Source: Octopus sinensis
Taxonomy: Eukaryota
Assembly: GCF_006345805.1 (NCBI RefSeq)
Contig: NC_042997.1
Coordinates: forward strand, 204,972,001-205,036,000
Direction of reading: 5' to 3'
DNA length: 64,000 bases
Positions 43,211 to 56,521 of this stretch are shown here, piece by piece. The notes beneath the pieces are model-generated. The model ran no database searches and was not told the origin of the DNA. It saw nothing but the letters and a program-made list of their open reading frames with translations. A program made the translations under genes and the position numbers. Numbering within the stretch: position 1 is the stretch's first letter; the number at the start of each line of letters is the position of its first letter.

Positions 43211-45403
43211 ATGGCTGCCATGCAGATGACGATAACAACAAGCAGTTCACTTTTCCTTGTGATTACTTTTATTGTCGTTCTAATATCACTAAACATAGAA
43301 GCGAAGGAACTTGGAAATAACTGTGAAATTAAGATTTCTCCCAATGTTCATAAGATTTTATCTAGTTTAGTAAGATCAGACAAAAGGGTTTTCAATTTCG
43401 ATGTCCATTTATCCGATAAAAAACTTGATGACCTTCTGAAACCCGTACGAATGGATTATTTCGCAAACGCGAGACAATTTACCTGGATTCCAGACGAACC
43501 AGATGGTTTAATAGCGTATAAGAATTTCTATTATGATTTTTAAATTTACTCTTTGAATTTATTAGGAGCTTACATTGCTACTCCAAGGGTTGATATCGAT
43601 ATAAATTGTGGGAAAGAAAATATTCAGAGATATGATTTAATACATTTGATTTTCCAGGAATTGAAGAAAATCTCAGTGATCGATACATTAAAAATGGGAG
43701 AATCTGGTTACATGTGTTTTCTAATAAATTTATCTCAGGACATGAAGAAGAACAGCCCTGAGTCATTAAAAGCTAACAGAAGAATCGGTTTAAATAGAGA
43801 GTTGGTGAAGAACTATTGCTGTAAACTCTATAAAAATGAAAGCTATGTTTATCACCCAAAATCGATTTGTTCTGGAAATATCATGGAAAATAGTATGTTT
43901 CTCAATTATGCAAATATCGTCGGAACTGTTGTATGGGCATATTTTCCCTTAATTATTAGTGTTCTTTCACTAACGATATCACCTTCATTTCCCCATCAAA
44001 ACACATTGCCATACAAATTAGAATGGATCAACGAAAACCATAATACTCACAATTTCCCTCATTTTCTGTCTTGGTTATTTTGCTTTCATCATTCCACTTT
44101 CTTGGCCTCAAAATTAAGAAGATTCTTTTTTATTCTATCTTCTCTTTCAATAATTTTCCTGGATCTTTTGATGCATTACTTCTTTTTATATGAAACAATA
44201 GAAATTCTTTACCAGGATGGTATACCATTGGGACATCGCGCCTTAATATTAGGAATCCCAGAAAGTTATGAGAATACTGATGGCTGGTTTGGTGGTCCCT
44301 TTGTGTGGTTAATCTGTTACGTATGTTTCTATTTTATCCTCTTCGTTCTTCCCAGTCGAGCAAGTGAGACTGTCGCTTATAATACATTACATCAAGGATC
44401 CACTTTCACGTTTCTCATTCAAAATAAGAGATTATTAGAGAAGTATGGCAATTTAAATGTTTCTACACTACAGGATTATGATCTACTCTATGCAGTAATG
44501 AAATTTAATGTTTCTCTGGCTCTAAACCCAAATTTCTGGTATCTAATAATTTATACTTCGATTAACCGTATAAAGAAAATTTGGTTATATTACTACAGGA
44601 GAAATATTTTCTGGCGATTCATTACACTTTGGCTCTTTGTTTCCATTACAATTTTATTTGCTGTATTTTCTGTCTGCGAATTATTTCTGTGCCTCGTTTA
44701 TTATGGAATCCCAATTATGTATCTGATTTTAACTTTACCTTTCAGTTATTCTAAAGTTTATATATTCTCACTCTGTACGAATAATTCTCGTATTTTTAAG
44801 ATTACTGCTGTATTTTTTACTTGTCTATTGCTTCCATTGTATTTTTTATGGACTCTCGTTACAATCTATATATTTCTTACAAGTTTCCACATCTTATGCT
44901 ACAGCATATTTACGATAGCTGTTGCAGTTCTTGCTGAACCTGATAATGTCGGGGACGTATGGTTTGTTGCCATGTTTTTCGTGTATACCGTTGCAATTGT
45001 GAACGCCATCATAAAGCAGTATAACTCAATAATAGTTCAGTCTATAAAACTCACCAAAACTGTTTGTCCAAGTTTGGTTCAGTCAAGCTATGGAGAGGAA
45101 TTCATAAACGCTAAGCTGTTCAAGACAATTGTTTACCATCATTTTCCATTGAGATACGAGATTGGTAAATCCATTATAAAACTGTTTCTAATCGTATCTT
45201 TTTTCTTTGCTTGTAACAATATAATAAGTCGAGAAGACTTGAACTTATCAGCGTTCACAAGGATTACTTTGATATTGATGACGTCTATGATACCTAAATT
45301 GTTGTCTATAATAAATACAAATCGTAGGTTAACAATAACCATGTTAGATAAAATTATCGAAAGAATTAATGTATATGCCGGAGACGTTAATCCAGTTATT
45401 TGA
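43211..45403 (+). pseudogene. Paralog C, full-length frame (730 codons) with a single in-frame TAA at 43541-43543
   Basis: ORFs 43184-43543 and 43553-45403 are in the same frame; paralog B has TCA (Ser) at the stop position. Confidence 0.75.
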
Positions 45404-45464
45404 TATTCTTTAATAAAATCAAAGGTACTTCAGAGTGTTTTATGGATTATTAACTACAGTGTAT

Positions 45465-45655
<191 letters not shown>

Positions 45656-46513
45656 ATATTGCTGGTTCAGGACATTCTCACAGTCACAACGACACTCAGC
45701 TCCCTCCTCCCCTCTCACTCTCTCATATATGTATATATATATGTAGTGGTCTATGTAGCTAAATAGTTGAATGATGTCCCTTGCAAGAAGGTTTATAGAG
45801 TCGTCTCCCTTCACTGAGGTTCTGGAAACATCTGTGCTATGAAAGCGGATTCTTTATTATTCAAGAAGCTTAATGTTTCTCTTGGAAGTTTCTAGAATAT
45901 CTAGCGTTCCATTAATAAAAACAGCTTGCTAACCCTGCTTTCACTTCTCAGTCGATTAGACTTAGAGCCATTCACGTCATTGCTATGTCCGTCTGTTTCT
46001 CTACGCCACATGACTGAAAATCACCACGTAGCTGTTATTTCCATATTTCCTATCTCTGATCTGTCTTGCATAGATTATTTCATTCAACTAGATTCTACAT
46101 TTTGATTACGTATCATCAACGACCATTAAATAAAATACATTTTTACGTAGTAAATATTGTTCTTGAATTTATTCATGATCTCTCTATGAAATCTTGTAAT
46201 AACATACACGTAGCCATATCAGCACCTGGAACTGAATATATATTCCCACTACATAAATTGATGGCCCCGACGTGATACGAAGACGCAGCCTTCTGTTACT
46301 ACTCATCAGTCAACCAGTTTGGCCTATACATTCTTTGTCTTAACTTTGGTTCTACTGCAGCTTATCTAAATGTAGCTAATCACGTGTCAAGCATAATTCA
46401 GGAAACTAAATTTGATTTCGTTTAAAACTGAATTAGTGAGGTTGCTTAGAAGACGCTGAATGTGACAAAAAAAGCTACGTTAAGAATATTATTCAACTGT
46501 TACCGTAGTTGAA

Positions 46514-46555
<42 letters not shown>

Positions 46556-46560
<5 letters not shown>

Positions 46561-47282
46561 AGAGTGGTCACTATATGGCTCACTCTAGCACTAGTAAATC
46601 CAAAAGGTTTCAACCACAAAAATACATGTTTCCCATGAAAGTCAGTACGATTGTTAGCTCACACGAACAGGGCAAATAAAAAATAACAAAAATACAGATT
46701 ATTTTGGGACAATTGTTTCGCTATTAATGAATTAAATGTAATTTTACTCACAAAAAATCCACTTGTAGCTCCTCAGCCAAAACTATCTGGATGAAATCCA
46801 CTCAATCACACGCCAGATTTTACCATAACGATAAATACACGTGTGGTTCAATTGATTACATCCGACGTTATAATTCAAATGCCCCTACCAACAGCGCGCC
46901 AAACTTTCACGGAAACAAATACTACATTTAGAAATAAATGTAGCATAATTATAATTAATTAATAAGGGTGAGAGAATTAGATACTAATTTAATAGTATAT
47001 CTATTCAACACCAAGTGGCCCAGTGCCCCGAGAAACCTGGATTATTATAATATTTTATAATATATTATAATATTTTATACAAAAATAAATATAAGAGAGT
47101 GGTCACTATATGGCTCACTCTAGCACTAGTAAATCCAAAAGGTTTCAACCACAAAAATACATGTTTCCCATGAAAGTCAGTACGATTGTTAGCTCACACG
47201 AACAGGAAACAATTGTCCCAAAATAATCTGTATTTTTGTTATTTTTTATTTGCCCTGTTCGTGTGAGCTAACAATCGTACTG
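46556..47282 (-). mobile_element. Penelope pLTR/retrozyme-like element: 535-bp unit, partial tandem repeat and inverted piece
   Basis: ATAAGAGAGTGGTCACTATA occurs at 46556 and 47091; 47206-47282 is an inverted copy beginning at the hammerhead GAAA. Confidence 0.75.
46695..46789 (-). ncRNA. Type I hammerhead ribozyme candidate
   Basis: Minus strand reads CAGAT-AG-TTTTGG CTGAGGA GCTA...TAGC GAAA CAATTG TC CCAAAA-TA-ATCTG: full core, paired stems I and II, and a GTC triplet. Confidence 0.8.
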
Positions 47283-47359
47283 TCGTGCTGATGACGCCTG
47301 TTGACCTAGAAATACCTGTTACAACTATCCTGTATCCACCCCCACCCCCACGCAAGCCA

Positions 47360-47523
47360 TTTAAATGTATAATCTCAAAGAATATTTGATTGCTTAATCT
47401 TATCTTTCTGCCTAATTTAATTCAGATTTTTGTTTATTTCGTTTCGAATCAAATAAAGAATTCATTTGGATATCTACTTGAACGTTGTTTGACTTTCTTC
47501 TCGAAACCCATTCCTCTGGACAC
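47360..47523 (+). terminator. Conserved 3' module and putative poly(A) signal of paralog C
   Basis: Diverged homolog of 25820-25990; AATAAA at 47452-47457 followed by a GT/T-rich tract. Confidence 0.55.
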
Positions 47524-48564
47524 TATGGCTTATTAATCTCTATCCATTTCCGCTTTTTTGTGCGCGTGTGTGTATCAATCAAAGCATACAGTAATATAGC
47601 TCCTTTGCAGCCGATCTTACTAATCGTATTCGATAACCAGGTATTAGATACCTGTGTGGTTAATTAGCACCACGTCCTTTGGTAAAATAGCTGATAGGGG
47701 ATAAAATATAGCAACCGCTCTCTTATTGGAGGTGAAAATTTTCACGGCCACTCTGTGGATGCTGTGGGGACTAGACTACAGGATGCTTGTGAAATCTGGA
47801 CAGTTTACCAGACATGCTAAAAAATGTAACCACTTTCACCTGACACACCTGCGAAAAGTTCTTAACATCAGAGGACAATAAAGCTCCAAATAAAAGTGTT
47901 ATCGACAGAGCTAACATACCAAGCGTGTATGCTTTATGAGCGAATTCTAACTGCCGTAGAGTGAACATGTAGCGCACATGCCCGACTTCACTCTTTCCAG
48001 AGAGATCTTCGCAAAAGTAACATTTGGTTCTTGATCACAATGTGGACCAAACAAAAGATACAAAAACACGCACAAGACAACCTTGGAAAAAGTATAACTT
48101 TTTGGAAGCAACTTGCTAAGAATGGCCTATTGTGTAAAAATCCAAACAAACGACGTCCTTTGTACCACGTCCTTTGCTAAAATAGCTAGTAGGGGGAAAA
48201 ATATAGCGACTGCTCTATTATTGGAGATGAAAAATTTCACAGCCATTCTGTGGATGCTGTGGAAAAGAGCGAAACCTCAAGAGAAATCAGTGAGGGATTC
48301 ATCAAGTGTTATATTCTTTAGACCTACAGTATCCAACATAGCAACAAGACAGCAAAAGTCTAGTGAAAATACGTACAGGTAGAATTTCCAGGTTGGTATA
48401 TGTGAAGAGTTTGCTTTCTAGGGTGATAGGTGTGTCGGGTGGGTGCCCATCCATGTTTCGGGTGAAATGGATGTCTAATACTTAATGCCTTGTTTAATAT
48501 ACCCACTATATTGATAAATATACGAGTGCATATATGTTTCCTTGACCTTTGGATTTTCAGACGA

Positions 48565-48624
<60 letters not shown>

Positions 48625-48832
48625 TACAAAATTAGAAAATGGAGAAACATACTTAAATCAATCAAACATCAACCATCAGATGATACCCAAACAATACTTT
48701 ATTACACCATTACATAACAGTAAAGGCATTATACAAAATATATTGTAAATATAATTAGACAAGGAAATAGAAATATAAAATATAAAATATAATATGTAAT
48801 TATATCATATCTGACAGCTGTTTCGGCAATAA

Positions 48833-48875
<43 letters not shown>

Positions 48876-48982
48876 TATAAATTCAGGGTGAGTACTTGAT
48901 AATTGTAAGCACCTGTATATACCGTTTGGTGGTGTAGGTGGTGGAGTAAATTAATCAAAATAAAAACATGATGCCAAGGATT

Positions 48983-49066
48983 CAGCGGTACATATGTTTC
49001 GGGCCTTTATTAGACGGATTTATAACAATGCATAATGTGTGTCTATGGCCTTCTTCAGCAGCGCAC
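48983..49066 (-). ncRNA. Degenerate hammerhead ribozyme motif
   Basis: Minus strand reads CTGAAGA AGGCC..GGCCC GAAA CATATG TA; stem I is weak and the stem II closing pair is mismatched. Confidence 0.5.
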
Positions 49067-49132
49067 AATTACTATTTCAAGGATATGTATTACATCAAAA
49101 GTTCTACGTTAGGGATTCATATATATATTCGA

Positions 49133-49202
<70 letters not shown>

Positions 49203-49203
<1 letters not shown>

Positions 49204-50868
49204 TAGCAGAGTTACCGGCGTTGCCCGTGTTACATACAATTGAAGAATTAGACTTTTTGTAATATTTTCTGTAATGAACTGGAATACCTATGTTTCGAAT
49301 TTCATCAAAATTACAGATGAGGGTTATTTCCCTCTTTACACACCCTAAAAAATTGTAATCGTGCCACATGTATCCCATAGTACTGATTTTTATGCGCATA
49401 TTCCAAAATTCCAGTCTTATAGAACCTGTTAAAAGGATTTTGCTCCTGTAAAATGGAGCTCACGGAGCTCTAAAATATTAAGGCCCCTATTGGGGATGGG
49501 TGTCTTAATGTCAACCAGAGAAGTTGAACTTTTGAGAATCTTTTTTACTTGGGTCTTATATGTACAGCTTGAATTTCTTTGAAATAGGAAATATATGTTC
49601 ACTGGATTTGTAGAAGGGAGCAAAGCTACAGGAAACCAAAAGATGAATGATAACAATAAGCAGTCAGCTACAGTACCCTAGTCGTTACCACTCCCAATGT
49701 AGGATTCTTCACCATCCAGGTGACAGGCACAGCCGTAAGATGCATTACGAATCTATAGCAATTGGTAGGGCGTGACCCATCTGAAATAAACATTAACAAC
49801 TGTGTGACGTGAGGGCTAAGGAGAAATGAAAGTTGGAATTTACAAATGACCACTATGCTGATACGTAACTGGACAGAATAAATTTACAATCTATAAATGT
49901 CTTTGAATAACCAGTCACTCATCTGGGAAGGCCTTGAAATCAATGTTACCATCTAGGGACTATGTGTGACCCAGTGATAATAAAAAGACTGAAAGGAGGT
50001 CTGCTATCAAATAACTTTACTCCACACTTTGCAACTGAATTAGTGGAAACAAAGATGCCTCTCATTTACTTGACAATTTATGCAGCACATTGCAGAAATC
50101 ACAATTTAAGTGTATGTCAAAGCAAACTGTTACACTGTTGTACCATTGAATTACAAATAATGCTTATCTGATATGCTCGGATGGCCCCACAGCTTCCAAG
50201 AGCACAACTCCATTCGTCTTTGCTTAGATAAAATGACTAAATTGTGGGTGTTAAGTCCCCATGAAGGGGTCTTTCTAACTTGTAAGAAGATGAAATTTTA
50301 TATTACTTCATTTGTATCAAATATCTATAGTTAAAATTTCATCAACAGCAAAAATACATGAATTGCCATGGGGGTTATGGCCGTTATGCATAGAATTTAA
50401 TTTCCAAATTTCGTAAAGATCCATTCAGTACTTTTGACTTAGTTTTGGATCATAAAAGAAATGACTAAAATTTGGGAGTTAAGGCCCCCATTAGGGTGTC
50501 TTAGAATCCTCATGTGAAGTGGAAAATTTGAGAATACTTCTTGATGTGTGTTAATTACCCATGGCTGAAATTTCATCAACATCGAAAATTTATGAATTTT
50601 CACGGGGGTTCTGCCCCCTTTAAGCCATTTGAAATTCAAGCCAAACATTTTGTATTTTACCTGCACTAATGCATTGAATATAAGTGTCAAATATCATAAG
50701 GATCCATTTAGTAATTTTAGTCCATGAAATTGTATGAAACACACAGCATTACCCTTCTCTCTAGGGTTGGATTTTGTGTTCCAAATTTTATGATGATCGG
50801 TGCAGCAGTTTTCGAATGTATAAGTGACACACGAACACACATAAAGACATTGACTTTGATATAAAAGA
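49203..50868 (-). mobile_element. Non-autonomous Helitron
   Basis: 3' CTAG at 49203-49206 with a hairpin (ACGGGCAACGCCGGT) like that of the 6930 element; 5' TCTTTTATATC at 50868; inserted in (AT)n; no long ORF. Confidence 0.75.
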
Positions 50869-50887
50869 TATGAATGTGCACATATAC

Positions 50888-50986
<99 letters not shown>

Positions 50987-51521
50987 CGTGTATGTTTGTG
51001 TCAATTATATATATATATAGAAACACACACACAAAGATAAATTGATAGATACACCTGAGTGGGCAAACAAAAATATGAGATAGCCTAGTGCTTTTTTCAT
51101 GTTGATAAGCCTAGTATTTATTCTGTTAGTTTGTTCTTGTGAAACCAGTAAGTTATGGGGATGTAAATAAACGAACAGCAGTTGTGAAGCAGTGATGAGG
51201 GCGAAACACAGAAATAAAGTCACACACATACACTTACATATATACATACATATATATACGATTGATTTCTTTCAGTTTCTGTCTACGAAATCCACTGACA
51301 AGGCTTTGGTTGGTGTGAGATTATAGCAGAAGATATATGCCAAGTCACCACACAGTGGGACTGAACCTAGGACCATGTGTTTTGGAACCAAGTGTGTTAC
51401 CACACAGCCACACCCGCACTATGTACGTGTTTGTGTATATGTGTATGGGTGTATATATGTATGTATGTATATATGTGTATATATGTGTGTGTACATATTA
51501 CATGTACATATATATATATAT

Positions 51522-52313
51522 ATAATCAACTAATAAGGGTGAGAAAATTGGATACTAATTTAATAGTACATCCATTTAACACCAAGTGGCTTAGTGCTTA
51601 AAAAACCTGGATTTCGATAAATTTTTACATAAATATAAGAGAGTAACCACTATGTGGTCGACTCTAGCACTAAAAATAGATCCGCTAGGTTTCAGCCACA
51701 AAGAATTGTTTCCGATGAAAGTTAGCACGACTACTAGCGCAAACGAACAAGGCAAATAAAAATAACAAAAATACCACATAGTGGTTACTCTCTTATATTT
51801 ATGTATAAAATTTATCGAAATCCAGGTTTTTTATGCACTAAGCCACTTGGTGTTAAATGGATGTACTATTAAATTAGTATCCAATTTTCTCACCCTTATT
51901 AGTTGATTGTAATTATACTACATATAATTTTGGATGTATTATCTGTTTCCGTGAATTTTGGCAGGCTGTGGAAGGGGCACTTGAATTATAACAGCGAATG
52001 CAATCGACCGAACCGCACGTGTGTTTATCGTTATGGTAAAATCTAGCGTGCGGTTGAGTAAATTGTATTCTGGACCGTTTCGGCTGAAGAGCTACAGATA
52101 TGTTATGTGAGTAAAATTACATAATTTATTAATAGCAAAACAATTGTCCTGAATTAATCTGCATTTTTGTTATTTTTATTTGCCTTGTTCGTTTACGCTA
52201 GTAGTCGTGCTAACTTTCATCGGAAACAATTCTTTGTGGCTGAAACCTAGCGGATCTATTTTTAGTGCTAGAGTCGACCACATAGTGGTTACTCTCTTAT
52301 ATTTATGTATAAA

Positions 52314-52318
<5 letters not shown>
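51522..52318 (+). mobile_element. Penelope pLTR/retrozyme-like element: inverted arm plus 504-bp unit, with a mutated hammerhead
   Basis: 51522-51772 is inverted relative to 51773-52318; ACCACATAGTGG occurs at 51773 and 52277. The hammerhead reads CTGAAGA GCTA...TAGC AAAA CAATTG TC (52084-52148). Confidence 0.75.
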
Positions 52319-52353
<35 letters not shown>

Positions 52354-52450
52354 ACACATATACATGTATACATATACATCTATAACTATAGAAATACTCA
52401 GTTGTATCTATCAATTTATCTTTGTGTGTGGGCCACTGTTTCATCGAATG

Positions 52451-55090
52451 CAAAGAGTTCTGAGGTTCAAATTTTCTTTATTTGGCTGTGATAGTCTTTT
52501 GTGGCATGTGTTTTGTTACAGGTGCCAATATAAGATATGTATTCATGCACCTCCAGATATCAGTAATATTCCTCATCAGATATAGAGGAATCAATTAAAT
52601 CATTGACGGAAATGTTGTTGGTCTGGTTTATAGTTTTCCCCCTTTTCACAACCTTATAACATTTATCCTGACCAAACTCCAACCCTACTTCCTTTGAGAA
52701 TGTCGTAACTAGGCCAAGGCTTTTTTTTTCATCTCATACACATTCATGGCATATAGTTTGAAACCAACCACAAAGAAACAGTGTGTAGTTTTGGCATGTC
52801 TGTTTCCTTGTGAACCAGTGAGATATTCCTCAGACTTCCTTAACATGAATGACAAGGGGTTTTCAGAAAGTATAAACAACATCACAGAAAGGCTGTCCCA
52901 TTGGAATATGCCTTTGCCATACTGTATTCTGCCAATGATAATACAGTCACTGTTTGTGTTTAATTTCAAGATGGCGGCCCTCGATGAAGTCAGGTTAGTT
53001 ATGGCTTTCACTATGTTCACTGCAACTTTAGTAAGATGAACGGATCCTAACATGTATGTATGTATGTATGCTCTATGTTTGTGCCCTCATCACCGTTTGA
53101 CAACCGGTGTTGGTGCGTTTCCGTCCCCGTAACTTAACGGTTTCGCAAAAAGACCTTTAAAAATAAGCACCAGACTAAAATGTAAGCCCTAGGATCGATT
53201 TGCTCGACTAAAACACTTCAGCGCGGTGCTCCAGCATGGCTGAAACAAGTAAAAGAATAAACGAATGGAGAATAGCGGGACTTCGGAAAATGTAAGAATA
53301 AAAATGATATAAGAGATTCAAGGAGGGAGCAAACGCTGGGAAATGGGAAGCAGACTGAGGTGCTTGAGCACGCATGCGCACACACACGAGCGCATACACA
53401 CACTTACATTCACAACACACATATACATACATACAGACACACAGACAAACGCGAACATCTTAATATTGCAATGATAGCCACTGATCTGGAAGAGAGAGAG
53501 AGAGAAACGTCTTTTTACTATGAGGCTTCATGTATCATTAGCCTAGGACAATATGGAATGCATTGGATAGGACAATATGGAGGGTATAGACTATCAACTC
53601 CCACCATCACTCTCATCCACCTCCCTCTATCTTCTCTCATACTTCTCTATTTAGTAATCTCCGTCAGCCACTGAACCAGTCAACTTACTCCTCCCAAATA
53701 ATGGCCATTCTCTTTTCTCGCTATCCCAACAATTACCACCAACACAACCCTCCTCTCTTCCACCTCTACTACTATTACTCCCTACTAGTCTCTTTATTAA
53801 CCCCTAACACTTGAAATTCATTTTCTCCTCTCACTATTCCCTATCTGAATACCTCCCCCAATTTCTCCCTCTAAAACACTTAGCTCTCCACGTATTCATT
53901 CCATCTTTGAACTTCTTACCTTTAACATCTCAAATGTAAGATCTCATCACCGAAGATGGAGGCTCATTTCATTCTACGATGGAATCAATCTATAAACATT
54001 ATTTTGGACCACCGACTCCCCAGAAACAGCTGTTGGACTTGTAATACTTTACTTCAACATCTTTAATTCTCTGTATCATTTGCACTCTGTGTGTCAGGTA
54101 TACATGTATACAATTTTTGTATTTCATGTATTTATCATACTTTATATTTTCACCGTCTAACATGCTTATCCCTTATATATATTATATATATATATATATT
54201 ATATATATATATATATAATATATATAATATATATATATATATATAATATATATATAAATTAATAAATAAATAAAACATATGCATATATACATACATATAT
54301 GTAAGTACCTACCTCTACCTGTATATATACATGCATATATGGGTACAGGACACCAAAAAAAAAAAAACGTCGAACACAATGAGAAACGAAAACATAAACA
54401 CAAAACCAAAGAAATGGACATTTTTCTTTGACAACGAAAAAAGTACAGGACATACAAAACAAGGAAAATTCGCCTTCTTCAATCGCCTTTGTTTCATCTA
54501 CTCCACGTTTCGAAAGTCAAGGCGATACATGACTTTATGAAACTTTCCTTCCCGTGAAAATCAAATTAAATAAAATTTGAAGATGTGACGTTTTGTTTTG
54601 AAATTCATGTTTGCATTCATTTGCAATTCCTTTAAATTCTTGATTTTGAGGGTCGTTCATTTTAAAATTCTTTTGACAGACCCAACAATGAGTCTCAACT
54701 GTTTGAGTAATACACACATATACACACACCCTCCCACAACCACACCCTCATTTACACACACAAACTCAAACACAAATACGGAAATGCTTTGAGAGAAGTA
54801 TGACAAAGCGCCCAGAGACATGGATTCCGAGAAGAAAGACAAACAACGTTATAGTCGATATCAAAATAAATTCTTTATTCGATTCGAAACAAAATAAACA
54901 AAAACCTGGATTAAACCAGACAGAAAGAAAATATTAAGCAATGAAGAATTGTTTTTCAGATTGTACATTTAGATGTATATATGTGCGTGTGCGTGTGCAT
55001 GTAAGTCGATAAATGAAATACCAGTGAAATACTGGAGTCGATATAATCGACTAGTGAACGCCCCACAAATTTGAGGGTTTATGTCTCCAC
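52451..55090 (-). repeat. Inverted segmental duplicate of the 3' flank of paralog B
   Basis: 54586-55090 is the reverse complement of 25706-26216; 52451-54173 is the reverse complement of 30461-32180. Confidence 0.9.
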
Positions 55091-55117
55091 TAGAAAGCAT
55101 TATTATTATTATTATTA

Positions 55118-55169
<52 letters not shown>

Positions 55170-55910
55170 CATTATTATTATTAATATTTTTTATTTAATA
55201 TTATTATTATTATTATTATTATCATTATGATTATTATCGATAATTTTTTGACGTTTCGGACCGATGCTCTTCATAAGAAAGGAGTGAATGGGGAAAAAAG
55301 CGGGAGAGAATAAAAGAGTGATGTGTTTCATGTGCTGGTTAGAATGTGTCTGGGCGTATGAAATTTGTATTTGTGTGGCGTTTATTATGTGTGTGTGCAA
55401 ACGCATAGGCATCTGGGGATATATTTGAACGTGTGTGTGTGTATGTGTACGACTAAGCTAGTGTGTGTTTTGTTGTGTATGGTGAGGATACCTATTTAGC
55501 CGGTGTGGGTGGAGGAGAGGGGCAGTCGAATATGGGACGTGTGTGCTAATCTGAGTGGGTTGGGTATGAGATGAAGAGAAGTGACGAATTATGACCATTA
55601 GGAGCAAAAGAATGAAGGGAAAACATTGATTCCTTTTCACAGCGAAGGCGGGAGTCAAGTACAGACAGATGTGTGTATATACATAAGAGGGATGATCACT
55701 ATGAAGACATCCATTATGCTAGAAGTTGACCCACTATGGTCTTGCTCTAGCACAATGGATAGCCACTTAGTGGTCATCTCTCATATATATGTAATGTAAT
55801 TTTTCAATATGCTAGACAACTGGATTTAAATTGATATTAATCAAGTTAATAATCAAACTTTCACCCTTATTATTTTAAATTCAATATATTATATATATAT
55901 ATATATATAA

Positions 55911-55973
<63 letters not shown>

Positions 55974-56421
55974 GAAGAAAACACCTTTTATCAATTCAAA
56001 AGAAATAATTAAATTACACCATTTAGAAAATTACATATAATAGAAAAGTTAAAATTAAAATAACAATTAAAAAGTAAAGATTAATTAAATTACAAAAATA
56101 ATATAACGTATATAGTAGGTAGAAAAACAAAAGGATAAGCGTCTAATTAATCAACTCAATCAATTTCATTAATGAAAATACAATCAAAACTTTGAAAAAG
56201 TACAAATACACTCAAATCCATTATATAAATTCGTTATATTAATATCCATGTATAAAATCTATAGATTTAATATATCACACGATAAAAAGTTAAACATAAA
56301 CGTTATATTAAAATAAAAACTAGTATATTTAAAAAAGTACAATTTAATGAAAATATTATCTAATTATAATAAGAAATAAAGTCTAACCATTATACATTCT
56401 CAAATTAAATGATATGTAAAA

Positions 56422-56521
56422 NNNNNNNNNNNNNNNNNNNNNNNNNNNNNNNNNNNNNNNNNNNNNNNNNNNNNNNNNNNNNNNNNNNNNNNNNNNNNNN
56501 NNNNNNNNNNNNNNNNNNNNN
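56422..56521. other. Assembly gap (100 N)
   Basis: Run of n. Confidence 1.

Noticed and set aside
43184-43553. Two separate genes or an intron skipping the stop
   Set aside because: The ORFs are in frame and gap-free against paralog B; the listed starts are TTG codons, and no intron fits.
43553-45403. Assignment as GPCR or chemotactile (Cys-loop) receptor
   Set aside because: No diagnostic motifs, and the hydrophobic segment count and topology do not fit.
45742-46010. Possible solo LTR (TG...CA with AATAAA)
   Set aside because: No target-site duplication and no second copy; too weak to call.
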